A stretch of 64,000 bases of DNA from an uncultured Bacilli bacterium. Its GTDB lineage: Bacteria; Bacillota_I; Bacilli_A; RFN20; CAG-631. Each line of letters opens with the position of its first letter. The stretch's first letter is position 1. The notes under the pieces are model-generated. The model had not been told where the DNA came from. It saw only the letters and a list, made by a program, of their open reading frames with translations, and did no database searches. The DNA lies in contig CANQFQ010000003.1 in NCBI GenBank assembly GCA_947599835.1, positions 68,072 through 132,071 of the forward strand. Direction: 5' to 3'. Both the position numbers and the translations under genes were made by a program. Below are positions 39,309-49,558 of the stretch, one piece after another.

Positions 39309-40904
39309 TTATTTAGGCTGATAAATACTTTCTTTTGTTTTTTCGATTTCAACTTGAGCATCTAAACGAACAAAAGCAGGCGTTGGTTTTTCTGAAACTT
39401 TAACTTTTGATAAAACGCCAAATTGGCTTGCGCTTTGATAATTTCTTAATGATGCATCAACATGGAGTAAATCTAAAATAAACGATGTCTTTTCAATCAA
39501 TATCGGTTTTAAAAAAACGCAAACTTGATAAATCACATTAGCTAAATGAACCATTACGGAGGCTAGTTCTTCTCGTTTATTTTCATCTTTAGCCAAGGCC
39601 CATGGTTTGCTTTCTTCAATATATTTGTTTGCTTTGGAAACATATACAAATAATTTTTCGATAGCTACGTTGATTTCAAATTGATCCATATGTTTAATAA
39701 AGGCAGCGATGGCTTTTTTTCCTGTTTCTTCTAAATCTTGATCTAAAGCATTGAAACATCCTTTATATTCAGGAATCATTCCATCAAAATATTTATTCAT
39801 CATGGATAAACTACGATGAGATAAATTTCCTAAATCATTGGCCAAATCGTTATTATATCGTTCAATAAATTGTTCCATCGTAAATAAACCATCATTAAAC
39901 ATTGGAATTTCTCTTAATAAATAATAACGAACTGCATCAATACCATAAGCATGAATTAAAGGTAATGGATAGACCACATTTCCTTTAGATTTACTCATTT
40001 TTCCATCTTTCATAATCAACCACCCATGACTATAAAACCGATCGGGCAAAGGAAGATTTAATGACATTAACATAATTGGCCAATAAATGACATGAAATCG
40101 AGTAATTTCTTTTCCTAAAACATGAACTTTTTCATCCCCATTTAACCAATATTTTTTAAATAAATGATCATCTTCACTTAAATATCCTAAGACACTCAAA
40201 TAATTCATTAAAGCGTCAATCCAAACATAAACGACATGTTTCGGATTTTCTTTGATTTTAACACCCCAATCAAAAGAAGTTCTTGAAACACATAAATCTT
40301 CCAATCCGGGTTTAATAAAATTATTAATCATTTCTGTTTTTCTTGCTTCAGGAATAATTGCGTTCGGATGTTCTTCATAATATTTTAACAATTGATCGGT
40401 ATATTTTGACATTCTAAAGAAATAAGCTTCTTCTTTTTGTAAAACCACTTCTCTACCACAATCAGGACATTTTCCATTCACCAATTGCGTTTCTGTAAAA
40501 AATGATTCGCATTCTCTGCAATACCAACCTTGATATTCACTCAAATAAATATCCCCTTTATTTAAAAAATAGGTAAACACTTTTTCCACCACATCCGTAT
40601 GTCGTTTTTGTGTTGTACGGATAAAATCATCATTAGAAATTTTTAATTCTTTCCATAATTCTTGTACACTAGAAACGATTTCATCGACAAATTCGGTAGG
40701 AGTAATATTTTTTTCTTTGGCCTTGAATTCTATTTTTTGACCATGTTCATCTGTTCCTGTAACAAAATAAACATCATAACCGCATTCTTTTTTATAACGC
40801 GCATAAGCATCACATACAATGGTGGTATAGGAATTTCCTAAGGTCATATTTCCACTTGGATAATAAATTGGAGTGGTAATATAAAATGTTTTTTTCTTAT
40901 TCAT
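39309..40904 (-). CDS. metG: Methionine--tRNA ligase (short form without C-terminal tRNA-binding domain)
   Basis: YITTPIYYPSG, TGTDEHGQK, YVWIDAL, KMSKSKGN, DLANDLGNL. Confidence 0.96.
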   Translation of the reverse strand: MNKKKTFYITTPIYYPSGNMTLGNSYTTIVCDAYARYKKECGYDVYFVTGTDEHGQKIEFKAKEKNITPTEFVDEIVSSVQELWKELKISNDDFIRTTQKRHTDVVEKVFTYFLNKGDIYLSEYQGWYCRECESFFTETQLVNGKCPDCGREVVLQKEEAYFFRMSKYTDQLLKYYEEHPNAIIPEARKTEMINNFIKPGLEDLCVSRTSFDWGVKIKENPKHVVYVWIDALMNYLSVLGYLSEDDHLFKKYWLNGDEKVHVLGKEITRFHVIYWPIMLMSLNLPLPDRFYSHGWLIMKDGKMSKSKGNVVYPLPLIHAYGIDAVRYYLLREIPMFNDGLFTMEQFIERYNNDLANDLGNLSHRSLSMMNKYFDGMIPEYKGCFNALDQDLEETGKKAIAAFIKHMDQFEINVAIEKLFVYVSKANKYIEESKPWALAKDENKREELASVMVHLANVIYQVCVFLKPILIEKTSFILDLLHVDASLRNYQSASQFGVLSKVKVSEKPTPAFVRLDAQVEIEKTKESIYQPK

Positions 40905-41754
40905 GTATTGATCCTCCCTTATGATAGAAATGATATAATTCGTTTTTAGAAACGTTATACTCTTTTGCTACCGTTTTGATAGCTTCATTTTTGCTAAATC
41001 CATTTTGAATTTTATCATTGATTTCATCGATCAATGATACATCAATGACATTTTTGTCTTTCTTTTTTCCCTCAACAACTAGTACCATTTCGCCTTTTAA
41101 AGTATCTGCAATTTCAAAGACTTCTTGAATGGTTCCACGAATAAACTCTTCAAATTTTTTTGTTAATTCACGGCACAAACAAATTTTTCGATTATCAAAA
41201 ATTTCAAGCAAGTCTTGCAATGTTTCTTTCAACTTATGTGGACTTTGATAAAAGACCATTGTGTGTTCAAAATTGCTGAGCGATTGCAATTCTTTTTTTC
41301 TTTTTGCACTTCTAGGATCTAAAAATCCATAAAAATAAAAATGATCAGTATCCATTCCAGAAGCAACCACACTTTGAATAACTGCGCTAGGCCCATTAAT
41401 CACGACGACAGGATAATTTGCTGCAATCACTTTTTGAATGATTTTTTGACCCGGGTCAGATATTCCTGGATAACCTGCATCAGACATCAAAGCAATGGAT
41501 TGTTGTTGATTTAAAAAAGATAAAATTTGCGTTGCTGCTTCATTTTCTTTGTTTTCATAAGCACTATATAGACTTTTTTTTATTCCTAGATAATTTAAAA
41601 TTTTACAACTTACTCTTGTATCCTCACAAAAAACAGCTTCGACTTCTTTTAAAGTTTGTTCTATTCTAGGGCTAATTTCATTTAAATTTCCAATGGGTGT
41701 CGCTATAACATAAAGCGTAGCGCATCGTTCTACAAAACTTTGAATTCTTTGCAT
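40897..41754 (-). CDS. rsmI: 16S rRNA C1402 2'-O-methyltransferase
   Basis: ATPIGNL, CEDTR, SDAGYPGISDPG, RELTKKFEE. Confidence 0.95.
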   Translation of the reverse strand: MQRIQSFVERCATLYVIATPIGNLNEISPRIEQTLKEVEAVFCEDTRVSCKILNYLGIKKSLYSAYENKENEAATQILSFLNQQQSIALMSDAGYPGISDPGQKIIQKVIAANYPVVVINGPSAVIQSVVASGMDTDHFYFYGFLDPRSAKRKKELQSLSNFEHTMVFYQSPHKLKETLQDLLEIFDNRKICLCRELTKKFEEFIRGTIQEVFEIADTLKGEMVLVVEGKKKDKNVIDVSLIDEINDKIQNGFSKNEAIKTVAKEYNVSKNELYHFYHKGGSIHE

Positions 41755-41755
41755 A

Positions 41756-42625
41756 TTAAGCCTTTTTATTTTGATTTAAAAAATCATCTAATGATAAAAA
41801 TAAACTTTCTTCTTTATTATCCAATTTGATCGTTCTAGATAAAACATTTAAAGAAGTAACCTTATATTCTTGATCATTATACATCACTCGTTGTCCTAGT
41901 TTTGGCAAACCTTCTTTTAATTTCGTATAATAGTCATCTTCATACTTTAAACAACAAACTAATTTTCCACATTGACCCGAAAGTTTTTGAATATTTAAAG
42001 CAAGAAGTTGATTTTTCGCCATGTTAATGCTAATTCCTTCAAAATCAGATAAAAATGTATGACAACATAATGGCAAACCACAGGGACCTAATCCACCTAT
42101 CGATTTAGAACGATCTCTGGCACCAATTTGACGAAGTTCGATTCGGCAATGTAATTTTTGAGCAAGAACTTTTAATAATTCACGAAAATCAACACGATCA
42201 TCCGATACATAAGTAAAAATCACTTTCGTGGTATCTAAAATATATTCGCTACTTATTAAATTCATCGGTAAATTCAATTGTTGTATGCTTTCTTGACAAA
42301 TCACTGCCGCTTTTTTTGCAAGTTGTTCATTGTCCGCATATTTCTTTTTATCTTCTTCCGTTGCTTTACGAATGACAGGCTTTAGTTCTAATTCTAAGGA
42401 TATTTCATTAACTTGTTTTAAATCGGTGTTAATAAAGCCCATTTCTTGTCCACGAGTGGTTTCAACAACGACATTTTCCCCTTTTTTTAAAGTGTCATCA
42501 TTCGTACCAAAATAATACATATGTAATGCATTTTGAAACCCTACCCCAACAACATATTTAAACGTGTTTTGTGGCATTGCTTGTTCGTTTGCAGTTTTTA
42601 ATATTTTCTTATTTTCGTTTTCCAC
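41756..42625 (-). CDS. ricT: RicT/YaaT (PSP1 domain)
   Basis: RVDFRELL, RIELRQIGARD, GPCGLPLCC, SGQCGKLVCCLKYE. Confidence 0.93.
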   Translation of the reverse strand: MENENKKILKTANEQAMPQNTFKYVVGVGFQNALHMYYFGTNDDTLKKGENVVVETTRGQEMGFINTDLKQVNEISLELELKPVIRKATEEDKKKYADNEQLAKKAAVICQESIQQLNLPMNLISSEYILDTTKVIFTYVSDDRVDFRELLKVLAQKLHCRIELRQIGARDRSKSIGGLGPCGLPLCCHTFLSDFEGISINMAKNQLLALNIQKLSGQCGKLVCCLKYEDDYYTKLKEGLPKLGQRVMYNDQEYKVTSLNVLSRTIKLDNKEESLFLSLDDFLNQNKKA

Positions 42626-43607
42626 AAATATCGCCTCCTGCGATTAAAATAAATAATTTATCTAAAACTAAATTTTTATTTGCATTAGATATCATTTCTT
42701 GCTTTGCTGTCATAATTGCCATAATTTTATCATATAAATCCATATGCGCATCTGCTAATTGTTGAATTTCTTCTTTGAAGAACAAACTTTCATTGTTCCC
42801 AACATGATAATAAATAGCCGCAAAAAAGCAAGCTTGCAACATATCTAAAAATAACTCAATTTGATTCATTGCATCCAATTGCGGTACTCCTTGATTGAGC
42901 ATATAAAAAATTAAATAATCAGGATTCGTTATCAAATAATTTAAACAATTTTTCGTAATTGCTTTTACCTTTTTAAAATCGTCTGATAAGACAAATTCAA
43001 CATTCTTATTTAAATCATTTGAAATTAAAGCTAACAAGTGTGCATCTTCTAAGTCTGCATTGACATCAAGCATTCCTTGAATTAATTCTTTTTGACTAAA
43101 TTGCTTTAAATTAATTAATTGACATCTTGAGACAATTGTTGGTAATACGGACATTAATGAATAAGTTGTAAAAATAGCTACAATATCCGATGTCGGTTCT
43201 TCAAGAAATTTTAACAATTTATTTAAAGAAGAAATCGGCGCTTTTTCTATAAGATGAATGACATAAATTTTAACATTGGCCTTTTCTACGGCAGATTTAT
43301 TGAATTCTTTTTGTAAATGATCCACAGAATCTCTTTTTAAATCTTCACCTTTATAAAAAATATAGTCAATATACTTCTGATTTTTAATTTTTTGACACGC
43401 ATCACAACTTTCACACGCTAAATGATCTGAACTCTTATTTTCACAAATTAAACTTTGCGCAATAAATTCAGCGATTCCTAATACGGGCGCCCCAACAGTG
43501 CCATTAATTAAATAAGCATGGGTTGTCTTTTTCTTAGAGAAAGCATTGATTAAAGTTTGATATACAATCGGTTGTGTTGCTTTTAAATATTCTTTGAATT
43601 GTTGCAT
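42609..43607 (-). CDS. holB: DNA polymerase III delta' subunit
   Basis: HAYL, Zn finger CxxCxxC, NKLLKFLEEP, TIVSRC. Position between tmk and ricT. Confidence 0.88.
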   Translation of the reverse strand: MQQFKEYLKATQPIVYQTLINAFSKKKTTHAYLINGTVGAPVLGIAEFIAQSLICENKSSDHLACESCDACQKIKNQKYIDYIFYKGEDLKRDSVDHLQKEFNKSAVEKANVKIYVIHLIEKAPISSLNKLLKFLEEPTSDIVAIFTTYSLMSVLPTIVSRCQLINLKQFSQKELIQGMLDVNADLEDAHLLALISNDLNKNVEFVLSDDFKKVKAITKNCLNYLITNPDYLIFYMLNQGVPQLDAMNQIELFLDMLQACFFAAIYYHVGNNESLFFKEEIQQLADAHMDLYDKIMAIMTAKQEMISNANKNLVLDKLFILIAGGDICGKRK

Positions 43608-44242
43608 AGTTGATATTCCTTACATTTTTTAATGATAATGTCATAAACAGCATTGAATACTTTTTCTGGTGTTTGATTTGCATCAACGATAACAAATCGA
43701 TTGGCATATTTCTTTTTTAAAATTTCATATCCTTCATGTACTTTTAAATGAAAAGATAATTGTTCTAAATCTAAACGATTCATTTCAAAACCGCGATGTT
43801 TATTGATTCTTTTTAAACCTTCTTCTGGAGGAATATCTAAAAGAATTGTGGCATCAGGTAAGCGATGATTAATTGCAAACATATTAATTTCATAAACTTC
43901 ATCGATACCAATTCCTCGAGCATATCCTTGATAAGCTAAAGAACTATCGATAAATCTATCACAAATGATAATGTAACCTTCTTTTAAGGCTGGCTCAATT
44001 TTTTCAACCAAATGTTGTCTTCGACTAGCGGCATATAATAAAGCCTCGCTACGAGCATCTAATTCGGTATTTTTTACATCTAAAATGATATCACGAATTT
44101 GTTCTGCAATTTTAACTCCGCCAGGTTCTCGTGTGTATAACACCTTATACCCCTCTTGGTTTAATTTATCGGTCACCTTTTTGCAAACGGTTGTTTTTCC
44201 ACTACCCTCTGCACCTTCAATTGTAATAAATAATCCCATCAT
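43583..44242 (-). CDS. tmk: Thymidylate kinase
   Basis: FITIEGAEGSGKTT, TREPGG, DRFIDSSLAYQG. Confidence 0.96.
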   Translation of the reverse strand: MMGLFITIEGAEGSGKTTVCKKVTDKLNQEGYKVLYTREPGGVKIAEQIRDIILDVKNTELDARSEALLYAASRRQHLVEKIEPALKEGYIIICDRFIDSSLAYQGYARGIGIDEVYEINMFAINHRLPDATILLDIPPEEGLKRINKHRGFEMNRLDLEQLSFHLKVHEGYEILKKKYANRFVIVDANQTPEKVFNAVYDIIIKKCKEYQLCNNSKNI

Positions 44243-44374
44243 CAACACCTCAGTTAATTATTATACACTATCTTTTTTTTAAAAGATAGAGTATAACCAT
44301 TCAAAATCCGTGTTTTATTTTTATTGTGTTGTGCAATAAATAAAAAAAGAATACAATAATATTGGGTGATACGA

Positions 44375-45283
44375 ATGCCTTTATCAATTTTAGATTTATT
44401 TTTTCAAGAAAATAATTTCCAATTAAAAAATGGAATATCCTATGGCTTTTATCGAAATCGATTTTTTGCTTTAAACAACGTTTCTGGCTTAATTAAAATA
44501 TCAACTACCCTTTCTAAGCTCATTGAGGAATCCAAATTACAACAAATAAGTAATGAAATCAATCGAGTAATTCAGTCAAATCAAGCTTATGCTTATTATG
44601 AATTTGGCACTTTTACTTTAAGTTGTTTTTTAAACCCTGTTAAAACCAACGATAATTTAATTATAGATACTATGAGCCAAATGACGGATATTTTAGATAT
44701 GAATGACATTCCAAACCGCGATACCTGTCCCATCTGTAATCGCACTTTAACACCTTCGGATCCTATTTATAATTTTGACAACGAATTGTTTCAAAGCCAT
44801 GAAGCTTGTGCAACGCCTTTAATTCAAATGGTTGATAATGCATTAACTTCACGTTTTGGAGACACAAAAAAGCAACATTATTTTACGGGTATTTTAGGTG
44901 TCCTTTTATCTGGAATTTTATTTATTGGCATTTATTTACTATTAGAATCTGCCAAATATTTTGCTTGTATTGCAAGTATCATTAGTGTTTGTTTAGCACA
45001 CTTCCTATATAAAAAATTTAACGGTAAAATGGTCAAAAATCGATTAATTTTGATTTCTGTAATTATGGAATTATTTGTCATTTTGGGTGAATATTTTTTA
45101 TTAGCTTATACGTCTTTTAAAAGTGGAACAACCTTAGCGTTTGCGTTAACGCATCCTTTCCGTAATTTTGATGTCTTACAATGTGTGGTACATTTATTGT
45201 TAAATACATTTTTTATTTATGGTTCTTTTTTATTCTTATGGAAAGCAGAAAAGAAAATTCCTAATGGAATTAAAAAATTTTAA
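44375..45283 (+). CDS. Hypothetical membrane protein with CxxC...HxxC putative zinc site
   Basis: Soluble N-terminal half, CPICN...HEAC, four C-terminal TM segments. Confidence 0.7.
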   Translation: MPLSILDLFFQENNFQLKNGISYGFYRNRFFALNNVSGLIKISTTLSKLIEESKLQQISNEINRVIQSNQAYAYYEFGTFTLSCFLNPVKTNDNLIIDTMSQMTDILDMNDIPNRDTCPICNRTLTPSDPIYNFDNELFQSHEACATPLIQMVDNALTSRFGDTKKQHYFTGILGVLLSGILFIGIYLLLESAKYFACIASIISVCLAHFLYKKFNGKMVKNRLILISVIMELFVILGEYFLLAYTSFKSGTTLAFALTHPFRNFDVLQCVVHLLLNTFFIYGSFLFLWKAEKKIPNGIKKF

Positions 45284-45418
45284 ATTTCTATTGATTGTAT
45301 TGAATGACACAGCCAATTTTTTCCATAAATAATATTGCATATTATTTCTTTTCTTTTTAACATCGTTGGTTTATAATGATATCAACCACATATAGATAAA
45401 TTTAAAGGAGAATCGTTT

Positions 45419-46744
45419 ATGAAAATTACTTTTATGGGCGCTGGAAGCACCGTTTTTGCTAAAAACGTCATCGGTGATAGCATGCTCACTCCCGCTTTAA
45501 GAGAAAGTGAGTTTGCTTTGTATGATATTTTAGAAGATCGGTTGGAAGAAAGTTATTTAATGGTTACGGCTTTAAATAAAAATATTAATGAAGGAAAGGC
45601 TAAAATTACGAAATATCTGGGGGTTGAAAACCGTAAAGAAGCACTCAGAGGCGCAGATTTTGTAATTAATGCTATTCAAGTAGGATTTTATGAACCTTGT
45701 ACTGTTTTAGATTTCGAAATTCCTAAAAAGTATGGCCTTAGACAAACGATTGGTGATACATTAGGAATTGGTGGTATTATGAGAGGTCTTAGAACCATTC
45801 ATGTATTACAAGATTTCGCTAAAGATATGGAAGAAGTTTGTCCTAATGCTTGGTTTTTAAATTATACGAATCCAATGGCGATTTTAACCGGCTTTATGTT
45901 GCGTTATACGAAAATTAAAACGGTAGGTTTATGTCATAGTGTTCAAGTTTGCTCAAGTACATTATTAAGTGAACTTGGCATGGAAGATAAACTCGAAGGT
46001 CGAAAAGAATTAATTGCTGGAATTAATCATATGGCTTGGTTATTGGATATTAGAGATAAAGATGGAAATGATTTATATCCTGAAATCCGTAAAAAAGCCG
46101 CTCAAAAGTTAGAAAACACTAAAGATTTTTATGATTGTGTGCGCCTGGATTATATCCGTCGTTTAGGCTATTATTGTACTGAATCTAGCGAACATAATGC
46201 AGAATATAATATGTTTTATATCAAGGATAAATATCCTGAACAAATTAAAAATTTCAACATTCCTTTAGATGAATATCCTAGACGTTGTGTCAACCAAATC
46301 GCTGCTTGGCAAAATCAAAAAAAGGATTTATTAGATGGTAATAAACTCACACATGTTAGAACCCATGAATATGCTTCTTATATCATGGAAGCCATTGTTA
46401 CGAACAAACCATTTTATATTGGTGGCAATGTTTTAAACACGAATGGTTTAATTGCAAACTTACCTTTTGATGCATGTGTTGAAGTCCCTTGTATGGTAAA
46501 TAGTAATGGTATAATGCCTGTAAGAGTAGGAAGATTACCTGTTCAACTTGCTGCAATGAATCAAACAAACATCAACGTTCAGTTAATTACGATTGAAGCT
46601 GCCGTTAATAGAAGTAGACAATTAGTTTATAATGCTGCAATGTTAGATCCTCATACTGGAAGCGAATTATCCTTAGATAAAATTACTGAAATGGTTGATG
46701 AATTATTAGAAGCAGAAAAAGAATATTTAGGCGAATACAAATAA
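45419..46744 (+). CDS. melA: NAD-dependent alpha-galactosidase/glucosidase, GH4 (MelA-like)
   Basis: ITFMGAGS, QTIGDTLG, NYTNPM, GLCHS, GINHMAW, TESSEH. Confidence 0.88.
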   Translation: MKITFMGAGSTVFAKNVIGDSMLTPALRESEFALYDILEDRLEESYLMVTALNKNINEGKAKITKYLGVENRKEALRGADFVINAIQVGFYEPCTVLDFEIPKKYGLRQTIGDTLGIGGIMRGLRTIHVLQDFAKDMEEVCPNAWFLNYTNPMAILTGFMLRYTKIKTVGLCHSVQVCSSTLLSELGMEDKLEGRKELIAGINHMAWLLDIRDKDGNDLYPEIRKKAAQKLENTKDFYDCVRLDYIRRLGYYCTESSEHNAEYNMFYIKDKYPEQIKNFNIPLDEYPRRCVNQIAAWQNQKKDLLDGNKLTHVRTHEYASYIMEAIVTNKPFYIGGNVLNTNGLIANLPFDACVEVPCMVNSNGIMPVRVGRLPVQLAAMNQTNINVQLITIEAAVNRSRQLVYNAAMLDPHTGSELSLDKITEMVDELLEAEKEYLGEYK

Positions 46745-46770
46745 TTTAAAAAGTAAAGGAGTCTTGCTTT

Positions 46771-48843
46771 ATGAAAAAATGTTTACGCTTAATCATTTCT
46801 AGTTTCATCATTTTGCTTGCCTTTTGTGGTTTTGTAAAATCAACACCAAAATCACTTTTAGCAGCCGATTCTATCGATAGTTATTATGCAGGCATTAATG
46901 CAAATAGTTCTAGTTTATTAAGCGATTTACAAAGACTAAATCAAAGTAAAAAGAAAAAAAATGTCGGATATTCTAATTTCGGTTCTTATTATAAAAGAAC
47001 TGATGGTGATCCAAACAATCCAAACAATTTGATTGTTTTCTATTCTGGTACTAGCCATAGTTTTAGTGGAAGTTTCAGCAGTGGTATCAACCGTGAACAT
47101 GTTTGGCCAAATTCTCGAGGCGGAAACTACGTTGAAGGTGATATTCATATGCCTCGTCCAACGTTAAATAGTGAAAATGGTTCTAGAGGCAATTCTTTCT
47201 ATGTTGAAGGAAAAAAATCATCGAGTGGTGGTTGGGATCCAGCAATGGAAAGTTTTGGCTTAGAAAAATATCGCGGTATTGCTGCAAGAATTATCTTTTA
47301 TTGTGTCGTTGCGGATAGCAGATTATCTCTTGTAGATAAAGATAACGATGATACCGGGAACCATACCATGGGTAAACTTTCCGATTTACTTAAATGGAAC
47401 TTAGCTTATGATATCGATGAAACCGAAACAAGAAGAAACGATGCTGCTGAAGATATTCAAGGAAATCGAAATCCATTCATTGACCACCCTGAATACGCTT
47501 GTCAAATTTGGGGCAAAACAAATGCAACAACGCAATCCATTTGTGCTAATGGTGGCGGTCAAGATGATTCCAAATCTGATAAAGAAGCGGTTGAAGCCGA
47601 TGCATTAGAACTTCAACAAACCTATAATGAAACCTTTAAAAATCCTATTACAGAACTTGGTTTTCTAAAAGCAAAAGGAACAAAAGGTTCTAACATTAGT
47701 TGGGTATCATCCAATACTGAGGCATTCAAAATTGAATCTTCCAATGGAGTAACCATTCATCAATCTGATAAAAACGTGACACTAAAATTAACTGCAACCC
47801 TTTCAAAGGGAGACGAAAGTAAAACGATTGATTTCAATGTCACAATTAAACATAACATTGCGGAACCACAATTAAAGCCAATCTTGAAAGAAAATCAAGA
47901 AGTAGCTGATACTACAGAAAAAACTTATGAAGCAACTTTAGAGTCAAAAATTGAATCTAGTAAACTCGAATTAAATGGTTTGAATTGGACATTCACAAGC
48001 CAAAAAAGTGATCAATATATGGGAAGTGGTGGCTCTAAAGGTACCCAATTAGGCTCGTCAGGCAACCCTGGTGGTGGAACATTTGTAACTTCTGATTTAG
48101 CTAACAAAAGCATTAAGTCTATAGGTTTTGAAGGATGTACCGCAAGCAGCGGAAATACTACTGCAAAAATTTATATCGGTAATCAAGAAATTTTTTCACA
48201 AAAACTAACCACAACTAGTACCTATTATGAAGCAACTAACCCAAACAATTATACTGGTGATATCAAAATTGAATATGTTGTTACATCCAAAGCTTCATAT
48301 ATAAAATCTATTAAAATTGTTTATTCTGATAGTGGTCTTGTTGATGCTAATGAAACAACATATGCATCTATATCGTTACAAAATCCAAGTATTAGATTTG
48401 GTATAACATTATCAAAACAAGCCATTTTAAAAACATTATCTTTGGATGCTGTTGATATGAAGGAAGTCGAATTGGGCGTTTATGCGGTTACGGATACAAT
48501 CTTAAAAGAATATGGTTATGAAAGTTTAGCTATTTTAAATGTTTCACCTTATTCTTCTAGATTATTTAGTCAACCTTTATTTACTTATCAAGAAACTCCA
48601 GAAAGCACTTCCACATCCTTGCTACTCTATAATGTGGATATTCAACAAAAATATTATGCTGTGTGCTACTTAAAATTTCAAAATCAATATTACTTTGCAA
48701 AAGAAATTTGTGTTTCTTATTTTGAAATTGCACAAGCAAATTATGATAAATTAAATCAATTAAAGGAAGATTTAATTTCTAAAGCTCAATACAATAACGA
48801 ATATGAAAAACAATTGCAATTGTTAAAAACCATATTAGAATAA
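46771..48843 (+). CDS. Secreted endonuclease I (His-Me finger, Bsn/EndA-like) with C-terminal beta-rich domains
   Basis: Signal peptide, NREHVWPNSRG, DIHMPRP, NGSRGN, RGIAARIIFY, RNDAAEDIQGNRNPFIDHPE. Confidence 0.88.
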   Translation: MKKCLRLIISSFIILLAFCGFVKSTPKSLLAADSIDSYYAGINANSSSLLSDLQRLNQSKKKKNVGYSNFGSYYKRTDGDPNNPNNLIVFYSGTSHSFSGSFSSGINREHVWPNSRGGNYVEGDIHMPRPTLNSENGSRGNSFYVEGKKSSSGGWDPAMESFGLEKYRGIAARIIFYCVVADSRLSLVDKDNDDTGNHTMGKLSDLLKWNLAYDIDETETRRNDAAEDIQGNRNPFIDHPEYACQIWGKTNATTQSICANGGGQDDSKSDKEAVEADALELQQTYNETFKNPITELGFLKAKGTKGSNISWVSSNTEAFKIESSNGVTIHQSDKNVTLKLTATLSKGDESKTIDFNVTIKHNIAEPQLKPILKENQEVADTTEKTYEATLESKIESSKLELNGLNWTFTSQKSDQYMGSGGSKGTQLGSSGNPGGGTFVTSDLANKSIKSIGFEGCTASSGNTTAKIYIGNQEIFSQKLTTTSTYYEATNPNNYTGDIKIEYVVTSKASYIKSIKIVYSDSGLVDANETTYASISLQNPSIRFGITLSKQAILKTLSLDAVDMKEVELGVYAVTDTILKEYGYESLAILNVSPYSSRLFSQPLFTYQETPESTSTSLLLYNVDIQQKYYAVCYLKFQNQYYFAKEICVSYFEIAQANYDKLNQLKEDLISKAQYNNEYEKQLQLLKTILE

Positions 48844-48859
48844 AGGAGGCAAATAAGAA

Positions 48860-49558
48860 ATGAAAAAAAGAATGAATTTATTTAAAATATTTGTGAGTTT
48901 GCTCTTCCTTGCAAGTTGCTCTCAAACAAATACAATTTCTTCTAGTTCTAGTAATTCAAACATTTCCTCAACTGCCCTCTCTAGTTCTACGTTAAGTAGT
49001 TCATCTAGTTCTTCCTCGAGTACATCATCTAGTTCATCCAGTTCATCCTCTAGTTCATCGACAACGAAAAACTATCAAATCACTGTGACGAACGGAACGA
49101 TTCAAGGATATACCTCAACTACCGAAACATTTGCTGAAAACACAACAATCACGATTGTGGCAAATGCTCCTCAAGAAAATCAAGAATTTGTTTCATGGAC
49201 TTTAGAAAATGGTAACATTTTATCCATTCTTTCTACCTATACTTTCCAAGTTGTAACAGACATGCATATCATTGCTAATTTTAAAAACAAACAACAAGAA
49301 GAAGGATATGTCATCTATTTTTCTGCAGGATTTGCAAACGATGTTACAAATTCTGTTGATCCTATTATAAATGCTGAAAATAATTTTACTTTTCCGAATG
49401 GTTATACCCGACTTAGTGATTGTGCTTTTCTAGGTTGGTCTCTCACTCCATTAGACAAAGAAAATCTTTATCTTGCTGGTCAACATTATGATAAGGAATT
49501 AAGTAGTAATTTATTATTTTATGCTGTTTGGGATGAAGATTGGACCGAATGGATGTAA
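48860..49558 (+). CDS. Lipoprotein with Ser-rich linker and InlB-B-repeat-like domains
   Basis: Lipobox LASC, poly-Ser, FVSW...YTF...ANF and FLGWS...FYAVW repeats. Confidence 0.8.
   Translation: MKKRMNLFKIFVSLLFLASCSQTNTISSSSSNSNISSTALSSSTLSSSSSSSSSTSSSSSSSSSSSSTTKNYQITVTNGTIQGYTSTTETFAENTTITIVANAPQENQEFVSWTLENGNILSILSTYTFQVVTDMHIIANFKNKQQEEGYVIYFSAGFANDVTNSVDPIINAENNFTFPNGYTRLSDCAFLGWSLTPLDKENLYLAGQHYDKELSSNLLFYAVWDEDWTEWM
48936..49062 (+). repeat. Low-complexity Ser-coding imperfect tandem repeat
   Basis: Recurrent TCTAGTTCA/TCCAGTTCA units encoding a poly-Ser linker. Confidence 0.75.

Noticed and set aside
43470-43520. Degenerate Walker A in holB as a pseudogene sign
   Set aside because: Delta' is normally ATPase-dead, and the ORF and synteny are intact.
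48936-49062. Tandem repeats as a CRISPR-like or contingency locus
   Set aside because: Imperfect in-frame Ser codons with no unique spacers and no cas genes.
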